A stretch of DNA of 63,469 bases, counting the filler, from Squatina squatina (taxonomy: Eukaryota), in NCBI GenBank assembly GCA_031763465.1. It is 4 parts of 3 records of this genome, joined end to end, with 100 filler letters (N's around TTAATTAATTAA, not from the genome) between each part and the next. Parts side by side here need not be neighbours in the genome. Positions count along the whole stretch, not along the records: positions 12,536 to 29,850 come from JARFOE010000233.1; 3 more parts are not named here. One strand, given 5' to 3'. A program made the position numbers and the translations under genes. The notes under the pieces were generated by a model. The model was given only the letters and a program-made list of their open reading frames with translations, had not been told where the DNA came from and did not search any database. Positions 14,092 through 26,719 of this stretch are shown here, one piece after another; within the stretch, counting starts at the first letter, position 1; each line of letters opens with the position of its first letter.

Positions 14092-15244
14092 CTAACAATT
14101 TATTTAAAAAAGTACTTTGTTAGAAAACAATTACTTATGACTATTGCATTGAATATATTCAGGAGCAAGAAAATTTATTTAGCAGTATTGGTGACAATGG
14201 GTCAGAAATTCAGTGCTTTACCTTCGGCCAACACCAATATCAAGAAGTGCTACCGGCAAAGAGCTTTAGGTGCAAGAGCACGTCTGGAATTTGAGGGGGT
14301 CAGGCGACCCCACAATTTTTCACTCAACCAGCACCACTACAACAGATTAACTGGTCATTCAACTCATTGCTGAATGCAAATTGTACATTTGCTACAGACC
14401 AAGGTAATTCATTGTCTGGCAAGTATGTTGGGAAATCCCATGGACACAAAATGTGCTATGAAACTTTCATCCCTGTTCTTATTTCATGCACAATGTCTTA
14501 TTGCAAACTAAAGTTATATTGAAGAGGGAAAAGAGCATTTAACAGACATGGAGGTGGAAATCGTCCATGGCTCAAATGGCGTCTTGTTCTGTAAAATTCT
14601 ACTATTTTAGGAATTTAAATGGGTACTGGGAAAGGGACTAACAAGATAGCTTTTCTGGAAGGCCAGCACAGGTGTGATTGTAGACATGGCTTCCCTCTGC
14701 TAAAAATTCAGGATTCCTGAGGTTAGTGGCAAGGCCACACAAAAAAGTCAGCTATAAACTTAACAAAAGCAAGTTTATAGCCCATGCTAAAAATTGGTCC
14801 TGCCATTAGATTCAAACAGTGGGTAGGAAATAAACTGGAGTCTAAAAACTACCACTCACTAAAAAAGGCTGATGAAAATTCAATCAAGGCTTGCTTGCTC
14901 CAACTCCAGCAACTTGATGCTTAAGGGTGCTATACAAAAGCATCCCAAGGTGCCACACAGAACTGTTAACAGACAACATTTGCAATTTACATAGCAGCCA
15001 GGAATATCAAGTTAAAGTGCAGTCATCTTCATTTCAGTGGTGGGCACTCCACCTATCCCAGGATATGCTATGAATGCAAAATTATGAATGTTCCTTGAAC
15101 AAGCCCAGTTTGACCTGATATATAACTCGTCCAATTCCATTAGAACACTTTTTGGCTTTCCCAAACTTTTGCTTATAATAACTTTTTGCTGCATCCATTA
15201 ATTTGTGAAGAACTACTTTTGAGGAGCTTGTTGCAGGAATCTTG

Positions 15245-15410
15245 GTAGTGTAGTGGTTAAGTAACTGGACTAGTAATCCTGAGGCTTGGGCTAATGATAC
15301 AAAGACAAAAGTACAAATCTCACCACAGCAACTGGGGAACTTAACTTCAGTTAATTAATTAAATAAATCTGGAATTTTAAAAAAAAAGTTAGTGTCAGTA
15401 ATGGTGACCA
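15245..15410 (+). mobile_element. tRNA-derived SINE 5' portion
   Basis: A-box-like GTGTAGTGGTTAAG...ACTGGACTAGTAATCC head; truncated by a gap. Confidence 0.5.
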
Positions 15411-15584
15411 NNNNNNNNNNNNNNNNNNNNNNNNNNNNNNNNNNNNNNNNNNNNNNNNNNNNNNNNNNNNNNNNNNNNNNNNNNNNNNNNNNNNNNNNNN
15501 NNNNNNNNNNCAATTCAACAGACTCAGGGGGATCCCTGCATTGTCTCCTGTCTCCTCTTGCTACCACTTCCCTTCCTCAGGAAC

Positions 15585-15790
15585 TCACTGCTTGCGTGAT
15601 GACCATCTCCAGGAACTTTCCAATCTCCTGAAAGTGATGGATTGGTGGCAACTGCTGTTCAAGCTCAGATACCTCATGCTCGAGTGCAAGAAGTAAGGGA
15701 CACTTCTGGCACGTGTGGTCATCATGGATACACAAAGCATCCATGACTTCCCACATCGTGCAGATACTGCTTCAGCTGTTCCCCATATAA
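15585..15790 (-). mobile_element. CR1/L2-clade LINE ORF1 N-terminal fragment
   Basis: CTMWEVMDALCIHDDHTCQKCPLLLALEHEVSELEQQL fits the zinc-finger plus coiled-coil motif of CR1-clade ORF1. Confidence 0.6.
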
Positions 15791-16551
15791 AACAGAACTG
15801 TTTTCTTACAAGTTTAATCAAATTGAACACAACTTAGTGATTTAACCCCTCAGATCATTTTAGGCCAACTGTACCTCAAGGCTGAACTCTTGCTGAGGCT
15901 AAACTCCACACACTCTTGGCCTTTTGCACTTCACTGGTCTCTCGCTGCCCAATGGCGAAAGGACTGGTGGCATACCAGATGACACTAATTAAAAATTAGG
16001 ATGTCAGAAATAAGTAGGGAGGCAGAATCTTTTCTTTGAATGTCTAAAAGATTTGCGCAGTAGATTATCATGGAAGGCCATGAATTGGATAGCATATTAA
16101 GAGACAAAAAGTTGTGTTTATGGAGAAATAAGGGATATGACGACAAATTTTGTAAGCCAGGTTGATCATTAAAAAGGGATAAACATGCTCGGCTCTAAAA
16201 GCCAATAAATTCTTACATTTATGATACTAGCCATAAGTACTTTGTTTGATTCCCAGGAGATACTTCAAAAAAAAACAATCCTCTGATATAATTCAGAGAT
16301 TAGGGTACAAACATCCTATTTTAAAAGAAACACATTACTCTTAGAATTAAGGAATGATTTTCTCCCCTTTCCCAAAATAAAAGGACAACCAATTATTCTA
16401 TTTGCATAGATAGAAAGATTAGATTTTTTTCTTGCCTACTGCCAGATGATGTCACAAGCTGGGTAAATTACTTTAATGTAACAGAAGCAGAATTGATGTT
16501 GAGTGTGTAAAGTAATATATGTGAATTTTGAGACAGATATATACAACATAC

Positions 16552-16643
16552 CATAATTGTGGGATATTCCATTGGGATGAATTTAACTGGAGTTCCAAAA
16601 ACTTTTCTCCCATTGATGAAAGCTTTCATGATAAAATTTGTCA
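16552..16643 (-). CDS. TUT7: TUT7 exon
   Basis: TNFIMKAFINGRKVFGTPVKFIPMEYPTIM with AG/GT boundaries. Confidence 0.92.
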
Positions 16644-16728
16644 CTGGAAAAACAAAGCAACAATCTATAAATCAGAACCACATACCCAATACTGAAAGCC
16701 ATTTAATAGAAGACAAAATGCAACTTAC

Positions 16729-16776
16729 TCTTTCGGGACAATCCAGCTCCAAGATTATGGTTGAGGTCAAATGGAT
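16729..16776 (-). CDS. TUT7: TUT7 exon (nucleotide recognition motif)
   Basis: DPFDLNHNLGAGLSRK, including the UTP-selecting His; TAG acceptor and GTAAGT donor. Confidence 0.95.
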
Positions 16777-18119
16777 CTATTTCAAACAAAATCTTCCGAT
16801 TACATTTTGAGAAAACGACTTTTTATTTATACTTGAAACAAAATCTAGTTTTAAAGATATTCTTCCATATAGAGGACTGGGGCAGTGAATTTCAGTGACT
16901 GNNNNNNNNNNNNNNNNNNNNNNNNNNNNNNNNNNNNNNNNNNNNNNNNNNNNNNNNNNNNNNNNNNNNNNNNNNNNNNNNNNNNNNNNNNNNNNNNNNN
17001 NNNNNNNNNNNNNNNNNNNNNNNNNNNNNNNNNNNNNNNNNNNNNNNNNNNNNNNNNNNNNNNNNNNNNNNNNNNNNNNNNNNNNNNNNNNNNNNNNNNN
17101 NNNNNNNNNNNNNNNNNNNNNNNNNNNNNNNNNNNNNNNNNNNNNNNNNNNNNNNNNNNNNNNNNNNNNNNNNNNNNNNNNNNNNNNNNNNNNNNNNNNN
17201 NNNNNNNNNNNNNNNNNNNNNNNNNNNNNNNNNNNNNNNNNNNNNNNNNNNNNNNNNNNNNNNNNNNNNNNNNNNNNNNNNNNNNNNNNNNNNNNNNNNN
17301 NNNNNNNNNNNNNNNNNNNNNNNNNNNNNNNNNNNNNNNNNNNNNNNNNNNNNNNNNNNNNNNNNNNNNNNNNNNNNNNNNNNNNNNNNNNNNNNNNNNN
17401 NNNNNNNNNNNNNNNNNNNNNNNNNNNNNNNNNNNNNNNNNNNNNNNNNNNNNNNNNNNNNNNNNNNNNNNNNNNNNNNNNNNNNNNNNNNNNNNNNNNN
17501 NNNNNNNNNNNNNNNNNNNNNNNNNNNNNNNNNNNNNNNNNNNNNNNNNNNNNNNNNNNNNNNNNNNNNNNNNNNNNNNNNNNNNNNNNNNNNNNNNNNN
17601 NNNNNNNNNNNNNNNNNNNNTGTGTTTTATGAACAGTGACCTTTAAGTCTCTCTCCTGCTCCACCAGCTTCAGAATATATCACTGCATTAAATTATTTCT
17701 ACAGTAATTCGGCTAATTGACTAATCAGATAATATTATGATAACTGTTGTTCAGATGTTCCTCCACATGGAGGTCCACTACCATTTCCAGAACACTGCTA
17801 AAAAATCAAGTCCAGTAACTGATTTCCCCTATTCTCCCAATTGCTGCATTAGGAAAACAAGTAATAATATCCACAACTATTTCAGACAGTCCCTTTCAAC
17901 ATTTTTCTGTCCTTCAGCAGATTACTGAACAACTGGGCAATTAAAATCCCATTACACATACCTTCAAAGGACGACAGAATTAAGTAGTGTAAGAGGCATT
18001 TAGTGTGCCCCCTCAACCCCTTCAGGCAGAGGCACATATATAGAAAACAGAAGTGCACCTTTTAAAAAAAAAACACACGGACCATATAAGTGACACTGAA
18101 TCATTTTTGCAAGACTTAC

Positions 18120-18297
18120 CTTCTATAACAATATATTTAGATGTCCACTGCTTCTTGAAGGTTGTGAGTAGAGCCTTTCGCCTGATGCTGATAACATGTT
18201 CTTTAAAATCAAACTCCTCTGTGTAGAACCGGAGAAGCCCCAGCCACAATTCTCCCACAGACTCTTTATTCTTCCCATAGTCTGGCCATTTGTTTTT
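18120..18297 (-). CDS. TUT7: TUT7 exon (PAP-associated domain)
   Basis: KNKWPDYGKNKESVGELWLGLLRFYTEEFDFKEHVISIRRKALLTTFKKQWTSKYIVIE with canonical splice sites. Confidence 0.95.
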
Positions 18298-18478
18298 CTA
18301 CAATCATAAATTTTCAAAGGACTACATTTGTTTTCAGCTATACAATGGTTTCTATGAAGATAAGCTTAGCAACAAATCCCACCCAAAAAAACCTGAAATG
18401 TTATTATAGAATAGAACTGACTGAAGAAACTTAAGATACTCGGTTTAAAAATAACCTCAACTATTTAGACTAACTTAC

Positions 18479-18556
18479 CAGTTCATCCAATTTATCAAAG
18501 TAATAGACATTCCAACCATCAATGAACTGTTCTGGCTTTTTTGTCCCATTGTATAT
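18479..18556 (-). CDS. TUT7: TUT7 exon
   Basis: IYNGTKKPEQFIDGWNVYYFDKLDEL; CAG acceptor and GTAAGT donor. Confidence 0.92.
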
Positions 18557-18935
18557 CTGAAAAATCAGTGAAAAGTTAAATTGTGGTAATTCTACAAAAC
18601 AAAATCAATTTTTATACAAAGCAAGAATTGATTAACTGAGCTCTTAGCTTTTTATGAACAGTGAACTTGATGAGTCTTCTACCTAATTTAGAAAATACAA
18701 ACTGTACATATTATCTGCATCTTCAACACACTGGAGATATCTTATTTCTGTTAACTATATAATTCAGTATTGTTCTGATGCATAAAAATTTAATTGATGT
18801 CCAGACAGTTGAAATATTAGTGACAACTTGATCTAAACAAAGCAACATATTTTCCTATACAAGACTTTCGAATTAAAAAAAGGTGAGTTTAAACAATACT
18901 ACTTCTGAAGAGGTTCTTTGTTAGTTTTTGCATAC

Positions 18936-19049
18936 CTCTTGAAGGACAGGAATTACCGGTGGCTTCCTTTGCTGTAGGAAGTAAAGTGCCATTAAGGTAT
19001 ATGCATAGGATGAAAGGCTGCCTCTGGATGCATCCCCAATATCACACAC
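18936..19049 (-). CDS. TUT7: TUT7 exon
   Basis: VCDIGDASRGSLSSYAYTLMALYFLQQRKPPVIPVLQE with canonical splice sites. Confidence 0.95.
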
Positions 19050-19381
19050 CTGTTTAAAATGAAACAGATTTCTAGTACCCAACGTGTACAGTTTTTTTGA
19101 CTACAAAAAAGGCTTCAAGACAAGTCAAAATGCAGTTTAACCTGAAACTCTCAGAACATATAGCGGCAATACAATTGTTGCATAGATCACACTATTAGTT
19201 TTTAATCAGTATTGTACTAAAACAGATGCACAGAACAGGATTAAACTAGAAGATGACTACTTCCAAGCCTTCAAAGGCCAAATATAATGTCAAATGATAA
19301 ACGGCCTTAAAAGCTTCATCTCTAAAAATACATATACATAAAATTTTGATGAATTCTAATATAAAATGCAAAAGTAGTTAC

Positions 19382-19471
19382 CTTAGCGAAAACCTTCATA
19401 GTATATCCTAAGTATTTCACTCTGGGGTCAATTGCTGCATAAGAGGCCAACAGTCCAGTGTTGTGCAAGGC
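19382..19471 (-). CDS. TUT7: TUT7 exon
   Basis: ALHNTGLLASYAAIDPRVKYLGYTMKVFAK with canonical splice sites. Confidence 0.95.
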
Positions 19472-19772
19472 CTTCAGAAAGAACATAGATTTGTGTTGTT
19501 GAATCAAATTAGCCAGACTTCAAATCAATTAAAAATGTACATTCATATTTATGTAGAAAACACTGAGGAATTGTGCAAGTTGGTTGCTGTCTTAAAAAAG
19601 ATACACAATGGTAAAATTAGTCAAAATCATATTTAGTCTAATATTTTCCACTGTCTTTGGCAGTTAACAAAGATCATATATACGATTGGCCTTTAAATCA
19701 AATATTTAATTCTTTAAAGGCCCACTGAACAGTATTTATTAATATTGCAACTAATTAAAATGTGTTTCTTAC

Positions 19773-19876
19773 CAGAGTGTTATACAAACTAATGTCTCCC
19801 TCAAGGCCACTTCTTACGTGGAAAAATTTAACGATTGGAACTTTTGCTGTTGTAATGGGCAGAATGCTCTTTAAGC
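19773..19876 (-). CDS. TUT7: TUT7 exon (catalytic nucleotidyltransferase domain)
   Basis: LKSILPITTAKVPIVKFFHVRSGLEGDISLYNTL with canonical splice sites. Confidence 0.95.
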
Positions 19877-20177
19877 CTAGGGTTACATTTTAAAATTAGA
19901 GGGTACAATCTCAAAAAAGGCAAACAGTACTGTTAGCAATTATGGTCTTTAATTATAAAAAGCAAAATAAAAACTACAAATGTTCAAAATCGGATACAAA
20001 AACACACAGCAACATGGAAACATACAGCATGTCAGTCAGTATGTGACTAGAACAGGCAAGTCAATATTTCTGGACAGNNNNNNNNNNNNNNNNNNNNNNN
20101 NNNNNNNNNNNNNNNNNNNNNNNNNNNNNNNNNNNNNNNNNNNNNNNNNNNNNNNNNNNNNNNNNNNNNNNNNNNNN

Positions 20178-20316
20178 TACAAACTTGATCCAGGACATTC
20201 AGAAACCTTGGTGTCATTTGTGGTAATGGATCAAGGTCAACTTTTTTGAAGTCCTCTGGACAATCATGCTTTAAATGGCCTTCTCGCTTGCACAAGCTGC
20301 ATACAATTATGGAAGC
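20178..20316 (-). CDS. TUT7: TUT7 exon with first CCHC knuckle (3' end in gap)
   Basis: ASIIVCSLCKREGHLKHDCPEDFKKVDLDPLPQMTPRFLNVLDQVC. Confidence 0.93.
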
Positions 20317-20546
20317 CTATTCAGAAGAAATGGTGATAGTAATTTTTTTCTTAAAATACTGCACACCATTAATGCCATTTAATACGCAGTTGCTGAATGC
20401 AATAAGTTTAACCAGAGGGTGAAAGTTTATTCAGAGTATTTTTTCCATGCTCTAGCCATTCTGATCAACATTCAACTGTATTCATGCAACCGATCAAAAT
20501 GCAGCACCAGTTTCAGGAAATAAACTGTTCCTGAAGGTGGTATTAC

Positions 20547-21944
20547 CTTGCCCTTCGTAAAAACAGCTTTACTGAACATATAAAACATATTGTCATCGCT
20601 GCTCTGCGATTCATATCCATGCAAGGTTGTTCCAATTTTCCCAAGAACAATTTCCTTATTTGTTTCATGTTGAGCTTCTTGTTTCTGCTTCATAGTTACT
20701 TCACTTTCAGCAGCATGTCTGACCAGTTGAGAAGTCACATCATTTCGACACCTTACTTGTGTATGTCCCTTCCAGTTCAGCAATTCATCATCAATTACTC
20801 CATCTTCTTCAGATTGATCATCTTCGTCACTAGACTCAGTATATATAGTCTCAATTTCCTCTTCAGCTGTAAGACTGTCCAGGTGAACTCGTGGAGTGAT
20901 ATTCAGATCCAACTCATCATCATCATCATCATCATCTTCCTCCTCATCCCCCTCTTCATTCCTGTTCAGTGTCCCTGCATGGTGCTGCATTGGCTTTGTC
21001 GGGAAATTATGCAATTCGTCTGCACTGTCAGAGCTTTCTCTAACTGCATTATTCAATGTGGCTTCATCTTTCATTTCTAGTTGGTTGGAGTCTTCTACAC
21101 CAAAATCATCACTTTCCATAGTCTGAGGATTCAGAAAACTCTCAGAATCTGAAAGACTTTCAGAATAAAAGTGATCTCTGTAACAATTTGTATGCTTCAC
21201 ACAAGAGCCCATTTCATCATCACTAGATGTCTCATTATCCGCTTCTGTAGATTGTTCACATTTGCCTTCCTTTGATATTCTGCCAGTAATTGCTGAATTG
21301 TCNNNNNNNNNNNNNNNNNNNNNNNNNNNNNNNNNNNNNNNNNNNNNNNNNNNNNNNNNNNNNNNNNNNNNNNNNNNNNNNNNNNNNNNNNNNNNNNNNN
21401 NNGTCTTTCTGCTCTCTAGACATATCAAAAAGTGGATTATTTCCACTTTCCAAAAGTTCATCACTGTGTTTATCTTCACCATCTGGTTGATTTTCATCAT
21501 CCTTATACGACTCATCTCCAGTAATTCCAATTTTCTGTATATCAGATATCAGTTCTTCTTCTGTGAAGCTTTCACTCCCACACTCTTGCACAGTTTGTAG
21601 GTTTCTATAAAATTCTTCAGAAGTTAGAATTTCACTATCTTTACATATAGCATTATCATGCAATTGTGGGCATTCTCCATCAGGAATCCCTGCTGAGATA
21701 GCAGACGTCATACTACGCAGTGGTGTCTTTGAAGCATAAAGGTCAAGCAATTCCTGTTGATCTACTGCAGTATTAGATGCTCTTTTAGAATCAACCTTTT
21801 CATTGTCTTTTTTGTTGAACTTTGCTGACTTGTACTTAGGCAATGCAAAATACTTGTATGTTGCTCTTAAACAATGAATGATGTAGTCATATACCATTTG
21901 GCTATTAAGGGTTCGTGCAACATTTCTCTTTACAGAGTATGGAT
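20547..21944 (-). CDS. TUT7: TUT7 large exon (end of N-terminal module plus acidic linker; gap at 21303-21402)
   Basis: Begins DPYSVKRNVARTLNSQMVYDYIIHCLRATYKYFALP, continues through a D/E-rich linker and ends FYMFSKAVFTKGK|GTAATA. Confidence 0.9.
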
Positions 21945-22804
21945 CTGGAGAAAAACAAGACATGATTAAAGATGGNNNNNNNNNNCAGTAACATCTTAGC
22001 CATTGAATATTATAGTTGGTTTACAGGTCAATTCCAGGGACGTTTCAGTAATTTAGAACAAAGCATGAGACGTCCAAGAGGACAAGCGTTACATTTTGAT
22101 GGCACCTGAAATAACCAGAGAAGAAGCAAACATCAGGTAAAACACTTATTTTGCATACTTTTGTATATATGCACACCCAAGATAAATACAAATAGGGCAG
22201 TAGGCTTTGTACAGGCTATGAAATGAATATGGTTCTGTCCGAGAAAAGAGATCTATAATTTTCATCTGAACCTATATTAAATATGGCTCTTTACAAGAGA
22301 TTAGTTCATAATCCATGCTCANNNNNNNNNNNNNNNNNNNNNNNNNNNNNNNNNNNNNNNNNNNNNNNNNNNNNNNNNNNNNNNNNNNNNNNNNNNNNNN
22401 NNNNNNNNNNNNNNNNNNNNNACATCAACACACCTAGTTTAATTCAATCTCCAACCAGCTAATTTCACAGCAGAAGCTGTGACGGAACAGTAAGAATCTT
22501 GCACAAGAGAGAGAAGAAATTAAGCATCGTAACTGAATACAAGTCTTCCTACATACCAACTCAAGCCTGGGATTACAAGGGTTCAATGGCAAGTCACCTT
22601 CCCAACTTCTTAAATCAGGGAACATGCACAGAAGCCAAAGAAAAAAAAGGGAGTACTTAAGTTTAGCATGGCTTCTTCTGGTGTGTTAAAATGCACATTA
22701 TTAAGTTAGATTCATTAGTGCTCATTTTATAAATGGCTTAGTTCACATTACATGTTATAGTACAGTGATTACTTTCAGATTAAGAAAATTAAGTCCCGAC
22801 AAAC

Positions 22805-22874
22805 CTTTGCTTGTCTCTGCATAGTACGACAGGCACTCTGGCATGGAACTCCGCCTCAACATCAATGAAAGAAA
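22805..22874 (-). CDS. TUT7: TUT7 exon (N-terminal inactive NTase domain)
   Basis: SFIDVEAEFHARVPVVLCRDKQS, compared with recalled TUT7 FIDVDADFHARVPVVVCREKQS; CAG/GT boundaries. Confidence 0.9.
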
Positions 22875-23434
22875 CTGAATAAATTTGGGAAGAGCAAAAA
22901 AAATCTATTTAACAATTCTTTTACCTGTTAAACTCTGTTCTTTCTGCTCATCATTGGGAGATTCAATATTTATGAACCAAGCTAGTACTAAACCAACCTG
23001 AACAACACATTTACTCAGGACTGTGACACAAAAAAAAATGCAGATCCTTTAGAAGGACCATCTGCTCAGGTCCAGTTACAAATTCTTAAATTTTGAGGTA
23101 GAACTTTGAGTATTACTTGGTAAACAATTAAAAAGGCACACAATATTCGTCACTGTATAAACATGGTGACTCACTTTCAGTGGGCAACAGTCTTCTAGAA
23201 AATTTTGACGATGAACCCCTATTCTGATTTACTGGAGCACTAATGATTAATTTTAATATCTGTAAATTGGGTCCTGGGATAGGATTTATGAGATTTCAGC
23301 CTAGGCTCTTCTAGTTTTGACCTATGGAAAAGGACAAAAATATTACAAAATGTGGTTTACTCTTTACTTGCCAACCTAACCTATTAGGCTCAAAACAATG
23401 TACGTCTATATATACACTATACTACAAACAAAAA

Positions 23435-23499
23435 AAGCTGGAAAAACTCAGCAGGTCAGGCAGCATCTGTGGAGAGAAAAACAGAGTCAACGTTTCAGG
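23435..23499. mobile_element. Penelope-like element terminal repeat fragment
   Basis: GCTGGAAAAACTCAGCAGGTCAGGCAGCATCTGTGGAGAGAAAAACAGAGTCAACGTTTCAGG, recognised as a shark Penelope/MER6-like end; cut by a gap. Confidence 0.6.
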
Positions 23500-24985
23500 N
23501 NNNNNNNNNNNNNNNNNNNNNNNNNNNNNNNNNNNNNNNNNNNNNNNNNNNNNNNNNNNNNNNNNNNNNNNNNNNNNNNNNNNNNNNNNNNNNNNNNNNT
23601 AAAATGGGTACAAGCAAGTCGTCAGCCTATTTTACATCTCTCTCGATGTTTATTTCTATTGATTTCAACTCATTATCACCCACACAAAGCCAAGATCTAC
23701 CCCATTGTCTTTGTGGAAAAAATATAGTAATGCAATTATGTGTTTTAACGTGAAATATATCGCTGTAATGTGTGATCATAAGACAAGGACAAAAAATGTT
23801 TCGAAGTGTGACAAAGCCTTCCAACTAATCTGGTCCATCTCCTCTACACACCACATTCAATTTATCCCATCATACTTGTGCAAAATGAAACATGGAGTCG
23901 AGATGAAACATGTAAAATTGTATTATACTTGCTCACAAAAAAAATGATCATTCCATTCCACAAGAACATAAAGCATGGGATGGTGCATCAAGATTGTTCC
24001 TTTGAAGCCAGTCATATACAATTAGGACTGTTCTGAGCCATCCAAAATGGTATCTCCTGAGGGATGTGAATAATTCAAGGAGAAGCTCATCAAGTTTAGA
24101 ATGCCATGAAAATTCTTTCCAATTTCTCGAGGCAACTACCAAAACTCCAGGACAGCAGTCCGAGATTGCAGCCCACATCATTCATCCCTGACTTTTGTGT
24201 GGTTGAAGCTAAGGGAACATTGTAATCCCTGGAGGATTTGATTATCCATGTCTTTGTTTCTCCTTATAACCTTCAGTCCTGTACTGAACCAGGTATTCAT
24301 CCAGCTCTTTATTCATGGAGTCAATCAATGTGCNNNNNNNNNNATTAATTACTTGTGATGTGATTCTGTTCCACATATCAACTGCTCTGCAGGGGAAACA
24401 ATCTAATTTCTAATCTAATTTAATGCTTGTTAATCTTGCGCTCTGTCATCTAGTATTGCAATCTCAGTCCAAATTAAATAACCTAATTCCATGTACATGA
24501 TGTGTCTTCATGTGTTTTACAGATCTGGATCATGTCCTCTCATAATCTTATTTTGCTCAGTGAAAAGTTCAATTCTGTCAGCCTTACTTTTATGACTTAG
24601 AGCATTCTCTTCAATGCATGAATATATTTTGAAAGATAGCATGCCATGAACTGTACATATTGGGACATTGTCTCGTTCCTGCTCCTGAACATAAAAGATT
24701 GAATTCAAATGGTTTGTAGATTGGCATAGGCTCCCAATTTTCCTCTACGCACTGCACCCAGATTGTCCAATGCAAGCAAGTGCAGGAACAGGAAAGTATG
24801 TCCCATTATTTCAAATGTGATATAACTTATGAATTATCCAAGGTTAACATAACCAATTCCAACTTATAATTTGAAGCTTTTGCGTTGTACCCAGGTCCTT
24901 GATTATCTTCTTATCAACAACCTTGTTTTGTATGGAGACTTGCAATGACTGATGGTCAATCATTTCCAAATATTTCATCATTTAC

Positions 24986-25468
24986 ATATTCCTTATGAAG
25001 CTGTCTTCTAGTATTCCTGACTTTATCACCACTACTTTGAGTCTTGCTGTTCCATTCTGTTTTATTGTACTCAATGTCCTTTACTGGAGATTTATACTTC
25101 AACTCAAAAGCATTGTCCCTCCATTTCCTCTCTGTGTTCTGAACTGGAGAACCCTGCTGCTCACCAGATATCTTCTTTCTACCTTTTTCCTTGCGCCCAT
25201 CATTGGACCGTGTTCCTGTGCTGTAACCTGCTCTTATGACTGCACTTGGACTGCCCATGACGACTTGTGCACCTTTCCTTGGGCTAGTACCATAGTTCTC
25301 TTGCACTTCCCTTTGCTTTTGAGTTTCTGTTCTTTTATTATAACCTTTTGAGTAGCTTCCAGGTGTAAAATGATTTTCTTGGTGCAGAGCACTCCTCCAA
25401 GTGTTAGTTTCTTCCTTGCCAATAACCACCTCTTTGCTCCTTCTGGAAAAACTGGACCTTTCCTCCAT
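24986..25468 (-). CDS. TUT7: TUT7 first coding exon (3' boundary uncertain)
   Basis: MEERSSFSRRSK...ENYGTSPRKG...VRNTRRQLHKEY resembles the TUT7 N-terminus (NYGNTPRKG, RTVRRLFHKD). Donor tentatively placed at TAT|GTAAAT, before the in-frame TGA at 24956-24958. Confidence 0.75.
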
Positions 25469-26719
25469 TTCAGTTCATTAAAATGCAGGAGTCTGCAATT
25501 TGAGAACAAACAAAAAAAGTTAATTTTGATTTTTCTGTAAAATAAACAATTTTAACATTTTCTCACCACTCTCCACACCACTGACTCCTGCTCCAATACA
25601 TGTTCACGAGCAGTGGTCACCCTTTGCTAGCCCGTCCAAATGGCCATTCTTTATGCGAGAGCCTGTACAGTGACTGTCAGCAGATTATCACAGCTGAACT
25701 TTATTCGCTTGATGCCTACACGTGCTCTTTCCAGTAGGAGTCACTGGACAGCGATTGGGGTGGAGATTTTGCCCAAGTTCTTCCTGTCCCTAGCCAGAGT
25801 GCTGAGACCAATTGTAGAACAAACTTTTTTCAACTATATAAATTTCATCAGCACAAGATGCTTGCTCTTAATAAATACTTGTTGCAATATACAAGGAACA
25901 CAGCCCCTCGAGCCTGTTCCGCCACTCAATTAGATCATGGCAGACNNNNNNNNNNNNNNNNNNNNNNNNNNNNNNNNNNNNNNNNNNNNNNNNNNNNNNN
26001 NNNNNNNNNNNNNNNNNNNNNNNNNNNNNNNNNNNNNNNNNNNNNAGCTGGAGAGACAGGATTGTTGGGTTTTAGGGCCTTTTCCTGTTCTTAATGTTCT
26101 TATGACCTTGTTTATAAATATCTGTTTAGGTGTGGGATTGAAGGTCATGAGGATAAGGACAGACAGAGATGATTCAATACAATGGTTTTTATGCTGCTGG
26201 GAACATGGAAATGTAATCTGTGGATAGCAGCCAAGTACAGTTGAATAATGCAGCATGGAACGCTCAATAGAGTTTGCAGGAGAAAACAGTGCTGTATTTT
26301 CCCTCAGGAGATTAAATAAATTGGGTAGAGTCCATGATGGACTAGATTGTTCACAGTCTGCAATAGGATCGTCCTAAATGGTTTTGTTTCATTTCATACT
26401 TTCTTATATGTTTTTAATGCTATCAATATCTGTAAAGCTGGTCACTTGGTTTGATAGCAGCAAATTTTACAAGATTACTAAAGGTTCTTTCCTCCATTTT
26501 ATTTAAGGGGTCCAGTATAATCCTACGTGGAACTCCCGATTCAAATGCTCCATTCTGTTGCAGTCAATTTTCAACCCAGCTAGCTAACTTACTATTAATT
26601 CCCAGTGCCTTTATCTTATTTTAAATCCTGAAGCATTAAATCTTATGAAATCCTATCTAAGTATCCAGAAATAAGGTTATCAAACAATTACTGTAGATTT
26701 GTGAAATTTAATAATCTAA

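Noticed and set aside
14100-16540. Apparent absence of the TUT7 second zinc-knuckle exon (and of many other TUT7, RAD50 and P4HA2 exons)
   Set aside because: Best explained by assembly gaps of unknown size; the visible exons are intact, so there is no evidence of pseudogenisation.
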